Source of the DNA: Anaerosoma tenue
Lineage (GTDB): Bacteria; Actinomycetota; Coriobacteriia; Anaerosomatales; Anaerosomataceae
Assembly: GCF_023161965.1 (NCBI RefSeq)
Contig: NZ_JALNTY010000003.1
Coordinates: 11,271 to 43,270 of the forward strand
DNA: 32,000 nucleotides
Reading direction: 5' to 3'
Below the pieces are notes generated by a model. It was not told where the DNA came from. It saw only the letters and a program-made list of their open reading frames with translations, and made no database searches. Shown here piece by piece: positions 12,418 to 18,518 of the stretch. The position numbers and the translations under genes were made by a program. The first letter of the stretch is position 1. The number at the start of each line of letters is the position of its first letter.

Positions 12418-12759
12418 CTACTCGCCGAGCTTGCGGAGGATGGTCTCCAGCAGCGACTCCATGGTGTCGAGTCGGCCGCGCAGCTCGGCGACCTCGAAGC
12501 GGATCTCGTCCAGTGCGGGATCGGATTCCTTCTCCTCCGAGACCTGCTCACCACGGGCGCGCGCCTCGAGGTCGAGCTTGAGCTTCTCTTTCTCCTCCTC
12601 GACCATCGCCGCGAGGCCGTCCACGAACGCATCCCGTCCACCCGTCATGCCCTCGGGCCCTTCGGCAATGCCCCGCCGGATCGCGGCCTTGATCTCCTCA
12701 TCCGCGGCCTCATGCGTGAAGAGCCACGTTGCGAAGAACCGCATCACGTCGTCCGTCAT
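12418..12759 (-). CDS. Hypothetical acidic coiled-coil protein (113 aa), first gene of the UbiB operon
   Basis: MTDDVMRFFATWLFTHEAADEE...EEEKEKLKLDLEARARGEQVSEEKE...EIRFEVAELRGRLDTMESLLETILRKLGE. The stop lies 9 nt before the ubiB-like ATG. A phasin-like identity is only a guess. Confidence 0.55.
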   Translation of the reverse strand: MTDDVMRFFATWLFTHEAADEEIKAAIRRGIAEGPEGMTGGRDAFVDGLAAMVEEEKEKLKLDLEARARGEQVSEEKESDPALDEIRFEVAELRGRLDTMESLLETILRKLGE

Positions 12760-12795
12760 GTCACGCCCCCCGTCGACCTAGATACTGTGTAATGA

Positions 12796-12824
12796 ATAGT
12801 ACCTCGCATTACGAGGTAATGCAA
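12796..12824 (-). promoter_or_regulatory. Sigma70-like promoter TTGCAT-17 nt-TACTAT with palindromic spacer
   Basis: The minus strand reads gggTTGCATtacctcgtaatgcgaggTACTATtcattacacag, in the only AT-rich patch of this region, about 35 nt upstream of ATG 12759. The spacer holds two overlapping 7-bp-arm inverted repeats: GCATTAC-ctc-GTAATGC (12806-12822) and TACCTCG-taatg-CGAGGTA (12800-12818). Confidence 0.45.
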
Positions 12825-12851
12825 CCCGCCTTCCGGGATCGCCCGGTTGCT

Positions 12852-14951
12852 CTACTCGCCGCGGGCGGCTGCCGCTCCGCCCAGGAGACGCAGGCCGTTC
12901 GCGATCACCACGAGAGCGATGCCGGTGTCGGCGAAGACCGCCATCCACAGGGTGGCGTGACCCGTCATCGCGAGCGCGAGGAACACCGCCTTGACGGCCA
13001 GCGACAGGGCGATGTTCTGCCTCACGATGCGCATCGTCCTGCGCCCGAGGCCGATGAACCGCGGGAGGGCCGACAGGTCGTCTCCCAGAAGCGCGACGTC
13101 GGCGGTCTCCAGCGCGGTCTGGCTCGCCGCGGCTCCCATCGCGATGCCGATGTCGGCGCTCGCGAGGGCAGGGGCGTCGTTGATGCCGTCGCCCACCACC
13201 GCGACCGGTCCGTACGCCTCGCGCAGCTCGCCCACGGCATCGGTCTTCCCTTCGGGAAGAAGACGTGCGCGGTACTCGGAGATGCCCGTCATCTCCGCTA
13301 CGCGAGCTGCCGCGGCGGGGTTGTCACCCGTGAGCATGACCACGTGCGCCACCCCGCCCAGGCGAAGGTCCGTGACCGCACGCGATGCGTCGGAGCGCAC
13401 CGCATCGGCAACGCCCAGCAAGCCGATCGCACGCATGTCGGAGCCGTCACCGGTCGCCACGACGAGCACGGTGAGACCGCGCTCCTCCAGCGCCAGCGCC
13501 CCCGCATCCGTCTCGCCCGACATCACGCCGAGCTCCCCGGCATACGCGGCGCTGCCGACCGAGACACGCACGCCGTCCACCTGCGCGGACACGCCCTGCC
13601 CGGGCGTCTCGACGACCCCGCTCACCGCTTCCGAAGCAGGCGCCGCGGCGGCCGTCACGGCAGCCGCCAGCGGATGATTGGAGTGCGCCTCCACGGCGGC
13701 CGCCAGGGATGCCACCCGTTCGACCGGTTCGTGGCCCAGCGCGATCGTCTCGATCACCACCGGGCGCCCCTCGGTAAGGGTGCCCGTCTTGTCGAACGCC
13801 ACCACCCCGACGTGAGCGGCGCGTTCGAGGAAGGCGCCCCCCTTCACCAGCACGCCGTCCCTGGTGGCCCGCGCGATCGCGGAGACGATGGCCACGGGCG
13901 TGGAGACCACCAGCGCGCACGGACACGAGATCACCAAGAGCGTGAGCGCGCGGTAGACCCATTCGCGCCACCCCTCGATCCCCACCCACCCCGGGCTGAG
14001 TCCCCCGAGGAACGGCCCGCCGATGGCGACCGCCGCCGCCGCGACCATCACGATCGGGGTGTAGACGCGACTGAACCTGTCCACGAACCGCTGCACGGGC
14101 GCACGGCTCGCCTGGGCCGCTTCGACCAGGTGGACGATGCGAGCAATCGTGGTCTCGGCTGCCGGAGCCGTGGTCACGATCGCCACAAGGCCGGAGGTGT
14201 TGAGCGTGCCCGCATAGACGGTGTCGCCGGAACGCTTGTCCACAGGCAGCGACTCGCCCGTGATGGGCGACTCGTCGAAGGCCGACACACCCTCGGCCAC
14301 CACTCCGTCCAGCGGTACACGCTCACCAGGACGCACCACGATCGTGCCCCCCACAGGCACATCGGCAGGCGCGACCTCGATCTCGCCCTCATCCATCCGC
14401 AGACGCGCACGCTCGGGCGCGAGTGACATGAGCTCCCCGATCGAGCGCCTGGTGCGCGCGACCGACCGCGACTCCAGCATGCCGCCCAACGCAAACAGGA
14501 CGATCACGGTGGCCCCTTCGCCCCACTCGCCCAGCGCGGCGGCGCCACTCACCGCAAGCGTCATGAGCACGTTCATGTCGAGCGTACGCGCCATGAGCGA
14601 CGTCACCGCGCGTCGCCACACCAGTGAGCCACCGACGATGATCGCCAGCGCGAACGCACCCACCGAGGGTACTTCCGACGCTAGACCCCCGAGAAGCCAT
14701 CCGAGCACGAGGAGGATCGACGCGATGCCCACGCGGATCTCGGTCCGGTTCTTCACCCACCACGAGACAGCCGGGAGCGGCGGTCCGCCCTCGGAATCGA
14801 CCGCCTCGATACCGTGACCGGCGCCGACCACCGCGGCAACCGCGGCGCCGCGCGGATCCGCTTCGGGGTCGTACTCCATGAGCAGCAGCCCGCTCGCGAA
14901 GTTGACGTCGGCGGATACGACGCCGGGGATCTGCCGTACGGACGCGGCCAC
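12852..14951 (-). CDS. Heavy-metal P1B-type ATPase (Zn/Cd/Pb subtype), conventional ORF from GTG 14951; probably the 3' part of a longer gene
   Basis: Carries SCPCALVVSTP (CPC), FDKTGTLTEG, MLTGDN, VGDGINDAPAL, a TM7 Lys (LAVKAVFL) and TM8 ADTG...NGLRLL, as in ZntA/CadA-type pumps. The N-terminus VAASVRQIPGVVSADVNFASGLLLMEYDP is an HMA domain that lacks its first strand and CxxC. Those elements lie upstream in the same frame, across a TGA. Confidence 0.9.
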   Translation of the reverse strand: MAASVRQIPGVVSADVNFASGLLLMEYDPEADPRGAAVAAVVGAGHGIEAVDSEGGPPLPAVSWWVKNRTEIRVGIASILLVLGWLLGGLASEVPSVGAFALAIIVGGSLVWRRAVTSLMARTLDMNVLMTLAVSGAAALGEWGEGATVIVLFALGGMLESRSVARTRRSIGELMSLAPERARLRMDEGEIEVAPADVPVGGTIVVRPGERVPLDGVVAEGVSAFDESPITGESLPVDKRSGDTVYAGTLNTSGLVAIVTTAPAAETTIARIVHLVEAAQASRAPVQRFVDRFSRVYTPIVMVAAAAVAIGGPFLGGLSPGWVGIEGWREWVYRALTLLVISCPCALVVSTPVAIVSAIARATRDGVLVKGGAFLERAAHVGVVAFDKTGTLTEGRPVVIETIALGHEPVERVASLAAAVEAHSNHPLAAAVTAAAAPASEAVSGVVETPGQGVSAQVDGVRVSVGSAAYAGELGVMSGETDAGALALEERGLTVLVVATGDGSDMRAIGLLGVADAVRSDASRAVTDLRLGGVAHVVMLTGDNPAAAARVAEMTGISEYRARLLPEGKTDAVGELREAYGPVAVVGDGINDAPALASADIGIAMGAAASQTALETADVALLGDDLSALPRFIGLGRRTMRIVRQNIALSLAVKAVFLALAMTGHATLWMAVFADTGIALVVIANGLRLLGGAAAARGE

Positions 14952-14969
14952 GGTCCGCGCGCAGTCAGG

Positions 14970-14972
14970 TCA
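14970..14972 (-). other. In-frame TGA at the first-Cys position of the GLD-C-PDC-A motif: candidate selenocysteine codon or nonsense mutation
   Basis: Frame check: 14972 to 14951 is exactly 7 codons (TGA CCT GAC TGC GCG CGG ACC GTG). Read-through gives YRLEGLD[TGA]PDCARTVAASVRQIPGV, colinear with ZntA SGMDCAACARKVENAVRQLAGV. Confidence 0.5.
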
Positions 14973-15233
14973 ATCGAGCCCTTCGAGCCGGTAGACCGCG
15001 TGCCCCACGACGCCTGCCTCGTCCAGCGCCAGGCGTTCCACCAACTCCTCGAGCGACCTCTCCTCAAGGGACTCAGGATCGTACGTCACGGTGAGGGTGC
15101 CGCCCTCGAGGTCGCAGCGCGTTTCGAGAACGCCGGGCACGTCATCGAGCCCCCGGCACACCCGCCCGGCGCACCCGGCGCAGTACCGCGGCCCCGGCAG
15201 CAGCCGTGTCAGGTCGAACGAGCGTGTCGTCAT
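14970..15233 (-). CDS. N-terminal metal-binding region of the same ATPase (called as a separate 87-aa ORF if TGA is read as stop)
   Basis: MTTRSFDLTRLLPGPRYCAGCAGRVCRGLDDVPGVLETRCDLEGGTLTVTYDPESLEE...GHAVYRLEGLD-TGA. It contains a first CxxC-containing HMA-like module and then strand beta1 of a second HMA domain. ATG 15233 (or GTG 15248) follows the ABC-2 permease stop closely. Confidence 0.6.
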   Translation of the reverse strand: MTTRSFDLTRLLPGPRYCAGCAGRVCRGLDDVPGVLETRCDLEGGTLTVTYDPESLEERSLEELVERLALDEAGVVGHAVYRLEGLD

Positions 15234-15252
15234 GTGCGGCACGCCCACCGCC

Positions 15253-16050
15253 TCACGCAGCGTCCCTGCGCCGGAACACGACCACTGCCGCCACGGCGGA
15301 TACCAGCGCCACGCCGCCGTACAGCCACCACGCCGCCGCGTCCACCGGGTCGCCGTTGATGATCTTGCCCGGTTGCCAGTAGCTCACGATGTTGATCGGG
15401 TCGAAGAGCTCGGCGGCTTCCGAGAAGTTCGATACGAGGTCGGCGATCCACAACACCACGAGCACGCCGGCGGCGATGGCACCGGGTTTGCCGGCGCCTC
15501 TGAAGATCGCCGACAACATGAGCGTGAAGCCACCCACGGCCAACATGAAGAGCAGGCCGAAGGCGAACAGCGTCCAGAACGTGTCCCAGGGCAGGTCGAT
15601 GTCGTACTTGGGCCCGAACACCATGATGGGCACGAAGCTCGCCGCGGCCAGCGCGAGCGAGTACCCCACCATCACTGCGATGCGGGTAATGGCCAGCCGT
15701 GCGCGCGAGACAGGCTGCGACAGCACGAATTCCATCGTGCCCTCGGCTATCTCACCGGCGAACGCCTTGGCGGAGTAGATGATCAGCGCCGACGCGACGA
15801 TCACCATCCACATGAGTCCCAGATACTCCGTCTGGAAGTACCCCCCGAGCGACGCGAAGGACACCTCCGTGCCGCCGAAGATCGCCAGCACCTCGGCCGG
15901 CATCGTCTCCACGAGCTCGGCGTACTCGTTACCGCCGATCTCGGGATAGAACCAGGTCATCATCCAGGAGTACAGGACGAGGCCGAACGAGAACCAGAAT
16001 ATGGACACGCGGTTCTGGTGGAGCGTGCCCCGCAACAGCGTCCAACTCAT
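15253..16050 (-). CDS. ABC-2 family transporter permease
   Basis: 265 aa and about 6 TM segments (MSWTLLRGTLHQNRVSIFWFSFGLVLYSWMMTWFYPEIGG...). An ATGA overlap links it to the upstream ATPase gene. Confidence 0.8.
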   Translation of the reverse strand: MSWTLLRGTLHQNRVSIFWFSFGLVLYSWMMTWFYPEIGGNEYAELVETMPAEVLAIFGGTEVSFASLGGYFQTEYLGLMWMVIVASALIIYSAKAFAGEIAEGTMEFVLSQPVSRARLAITRIAVMVGYSLALAAASFVPIMVFGPKYDIDLPWDTFWTLFAFGLLFMLAVGGFTLMLSAIFRGAGKPGAIAAGVLVVLWIADLVSNFSEAAELFDPINIVSYWQPGKIINGDPVDAAAWWLYGGVALVSAVAAVVVFRRRDAA

Positions 16051-16973
16051 CGGACCTCCCCTCCCTCTTCGTTCGCATGCGTTGCATCATCACTGCGGTA
16101 GAACTCCAGGAACACGTCCTCCAGGCTTGCATGCTGGATACGGATGTCGCTGACCTTCCGGCTTGCGATGCGCTTGAGCACGCCGTCGATCGCGTCGCCA
16201 CGCACGCGCGCCGCCAGGCTCTGGTCGGAGACGGCCACCACGCTGTCCACGCCCGGCAGCTCCCCCAGCAGCGAGGCCTCCACGGGGTCGGCGAACGTCA
16301 CCTCGACCTCGCGCAGCCGCTTGCCAAGCAGCGACTTCACGCCCTCCTCGGCCACCAGGCGACCCGAGCGGATGATGCCGACCTTGTCGCACACCCGCTC
16401 CACCTCGGACAACACGTGGCTCGAGAGGAACACCGTGCGTCCCGCGGCCACCCGCTCCTCGATGACCGAGTACACCGCCTCCTGGTTGAGCGGGTCGAGA
16501 CCGCTCGTGGGCTCGTCGAGTATGAGCAGCTCGGGATCGTGTGCCATGCCGAGGATCAGGGCGAGCTTCTGCTTGTTGCCCTTCGACAGCTCCTTGACCC
16601 GCCTCGACGGGTCCAGATCGAACCGCTCAAGCAACTCGGCGGTGAGCGGGCCTTTGGTCCCGCGGAATCCGGCGACGTAATCGAGATGCCAGCGGCCGGT
16701 CTCCTTCTCGTACAAACGTACCTCGCCCGCCACATATCCGATCCGACGCCTGAGAGCCGCGCCGTCGAGGGTCACCCGCTCACCCAGCACGGACGATGAT
16801 CCCGCCGTAGGCTTGAGCATACCGAGCAGGCACCTGATGGTCGTGGTCTTGCCCGCGCCGTTGGGCCCAAGGAATCCATAGACCGCGCCCTGCGGGACGG
16901 CCATCGTGAGGTCCTCGACACCCCGCGCCTTGCCGTAGTACTTCGTGAGCCCACTCGTGCTGATGACGTCCAT
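16047..16973 (-). CDS. ABC transporter ATP-binding protein (ABC-2 exporter type)
   Basis: Start is ATG 16973, with AAGGAGG 7 nt upstream. Walker A GPNGAGKTT, signature LSKGNKQKL, Walker B LLILDEPTSGLD, and a C-terminal accessory domain. Confidence 0.9.
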   Translation of the reverse strand: MDVISTSGLTKYYGKARGVEDLTMAVPQGAVYGFLGPNGAGKTTTIRCLLGMLKPTAGSSSVLGERVTLDGAALRRRIGYVAGEVRLYEKETGRWHLDYVAGFRGTKGPLTAELLERFDLDPSRRVKELSKGNKQKLALILGMAHDPELLILDEPTSGLDPLNQEAVYSVIEERVAAGRTVFLSSHVLSEVERVCDKVGIIRSGRLVAEEGVKSLLGKRLREVEVTFADPVEASLLGELPGVDSVVAVSDQSLAARVRGDAIDGVLKRIASRKVSDIRIQHASLEDVFLEFYRSDDATHANEEGGEVR

Positions 16974-17109
16974 GCAGCAGCCTCCTTGCGGCCCTCGGCA
17001 CACCGCGGCACTCCGTGCCTGCGATGGGACGCATACCATCCTAACGCTCCGGGACCGAGTGAGCGACGTGGTTGTGGGGACATACTAGACAATCGCCCCG
17101 CTGAAGAAG

Positions 17110-17772
17110 GTGATCCGCTTGACGACGAAGGATCCCGTCACGAAGACGACGCTCTGGGTGGTAGTGGCCGTGGTGCTCGCCCTGGCGGTTGGAGCGCTGG
17201 CGGGGTGGTTCGCCCGCTCGGGAGAGGTCCAAGACCTGGAGGACCGCATCGCAGCCTCGGAAGAGGAGTCCGCGACGGATGAACCGGCGGCGCCCGCCGA
17301 ACCGGAGACGGACACGGCGCCGGTGGAACCGCCTGCCGAGGAGGAGCCCGCCGAGGAGGACGAGGAGCCCGTTGACGTTCCCGTTGCTGCCGAGCGTGTA
17401 CCGGCAATCATCACCGCGGTCGACACGAGCGGGTCGACGGTGCGCCTTGAGGCGGACTACATCCAGTTCCTCACCGGTGACGAAGCGGCCGATGCGGCGA
17501 CCGCCCACGGCGACGAATCCCCCCCGCCCAACGACTACTACATCGTCAACGACAACCCCGCGCTCCGGGAGTTCCCAGTGCAGGAGGGCATCAGCGTCGT
17601 GACGGTCGTCAACGATGATGGGACCTCGGATCCGGCTGGACACACGCTCACATTGGACGAGTGGGTGGATCGCATCACGGGCCCCAACGCCGACGCGTTC
17701 AGGTCGAGCTTCTACTGGATCACCGTCTCGGAAGCGACCATCACGACCATCGAGCAGCAGTACCTGCCGTAG
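17110..17772 (+). CDS. Membrane-anchored protein with acidic Pro/Glu-rich linker and uncharacterized C-terminal domain (paralog 1)
   Basis: N-terminal TM segment TTLWVVVAVVLALAVGALAGWF, then linker ATDEPAAPAEPETDTAPVEPPAEEEPAEEDEEP, then a C-terminal domain with LEADYIQFLTGDEAADAA...FYWITVSEATITTIEQQ. The start is uncertain (GTG 17110 or TTG 17119). Confidence 0.7.
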   Translation: MIRLTTKDPVTKTTLWVVVAVVLALAVGALAGWFARSGEVQDLEDRIAASEEESATDEPAAPAEPETDTAPVEPPAEEEPAEEDEEPVDVPVAAERVPAIITAVDTSGSTVRLEADYIQFLTGDEAADAATAHGDESPPPNDYYIVNDNPALREFPVQEGISVVTVVNDDGTSDPAGHTLTLDEWVDRITGPNADAFRSSFYWITVSEATITTIEQQYLP

Positions 17773-17781
17773 GAGGCTCCG

Positions 17782-18507
17782 ATGAAGTGGAGCGAGTTCT
17801 CTCGCACGCAGCGGGCTCTAACGATCGCGGGAGTCGTGGTGCTCGGCCTGGCGGTCGTCGCCGGAGCCTTCGCGCTCGGGCTGGGGCTTGGCGACGGCCC
17901 TGAAGCGGCCACTGATACCGCAACAGACGCCGCCGAGACCACCGGGACCGCCGAGACCACGTCCACCGAGGAGCCAGCGACCGAGACGGTGGAGCCCGAG
18001 ACGCCGCCCGCCGCCGAGCCCGAACCCGAGCCCGATCCGTCGACCCCTGCGGCAACTCCCCCTGCGGAGGACGCGCGCGTCTTCGGCCGGATCGAAGGCA
18101 TACGCGATGAGAGCGGCGGGGCGTGGACGGAGTTGTGGGTGGACATCGACACGGCGGTCTTCCTCACCGACGACGCCGCGCTTGACTGGCTCACCAGCCA
18201 GGGGGACGCCGAGTTCTACAACGCCGACTACTGGTACGCGAAGCCCGACGGCGCGGCGGTCACATCGCACCGCCTGAAGCCGGGCTCCGTCAAGGTGTGG
18301 ATGTACACGTACCCGACCACGCCTCCGATCGGCTTCTACGGGCCGGGTATGGCGAAACAGACGGTCGGCTTCGGCGAGTTCTACGATGCGATCTACATGG
18401 CAGGCGACCCCGACGGCCTGCTCGACCGCTACTACTGGTTCACGGTCGACGGCGACTACATCACCATCATCGAGGAGCAGCCGAGAGACGCCTACTACGA
18501 GCCGTAG
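17782..18507 (+). CDS. Membrane-anchored protein with acidic Thr/Pro/Glu-rich linker and uncharacterized C-terminal domain (paralog 2)
   Basis: ATG with AGGAGG 5 nt upstream. TM segment ALTIAGVVVLGLAVVAGAFALGLGLG, an acidic linker, then LWVDIDTAVFLTDDAALDW...YYWFTVDGDYITIIEEQ, colinear with the upstream gene's domain. Confidence 0.75.
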   Translation: MKWSEFSRTQRALTIAGVVVLGLAVVAGAFALGLGLGDGPEAATDTATDAAETTGTAETTSTEEPATETVEPETPPAAEPEPEPDPSTPAATPPAEDARVFGRIEGIRDESGGAWTELWVDIDTAVFLTDDAALDWLTSQGDAEFYNADYWYAKPDGAAVTSHRLKPGSVKVWMYTYPTTPPIGFYGPGMAKQTVGFGEFYDAIYMAGDPDGLLDRYYWFTVDGDYITIIEEQPRDAYYEP

Positions 18508-18518
18508 CGGCCGTGCAG

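Noticed and set aside
12418-12759. Annotating the 113-aa coiled-coil protein as a phasin (PHA granule protein)
   Set aside because: The only support is vague compositional resemblance and a recollection that phasin-like genes neighbour ubiB in some genomes. I could not identify a diagnostic motif, so it stays hypothetical.
14970-14972. Alternative genetic code (TGA read as Trp or Gly) as the explanation for the in-frame TGA
   Set aside because: TGA terminates amtB (3599-3601), glnK (3963-3965), glnD (6274-6276), the ABC ATPase and several other well-delimited genes in this window at the expected protein lengths.
15211-15226. LexA/SOS-box-like TCGAACgagcGTGTCG
   Set aside because: Only the first half matches the actinobacterial TCGAAC-N4-GTTCGA consensus. 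It lies inside the ATPase N-terminal coding region, not upstream of uvrA or uvrB.
14951-15248. The 92-aa ORF as an independent metallochaperone, with the ATPase genuinely starting at GTG 14951
   Set aside because: Not fully excluded, but disfavoured. The ORF would end in the middle of an HMA domain (after strand beta1). The six in-frame codons between the TGA and the GTG encode the rest of the metal-binding motif (PDCART). The GTG has no RBS-like sequence upstream.
16974-17109. Metalloregulator operator (ArsR/SmtB 12-2-12 or MerR long-spacer promoter) upstream of the ABC/ATPase operon
   Set aside because: Only short or imperfect inverted repeats were found (GGCAC-tcc-GTGCC, and GGGGCGATTGTC/TAGTATGTCCCC with 7 of 12 matches). 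There are no convincing -35/-10 hexamers with 19-20 nt spacing.
17270-18060. Repetitive GAG/GCC/CCG-rich stretches as possible tandem-repeat or CRISPR-like arrays
   Set aside because: They are in-frame low-complexity codon runs encoding the Glu/Pro/Ala/Thr linkers of the two paralogous membrane-anchored proteins. There is no constant repeat-spacer periodicity.
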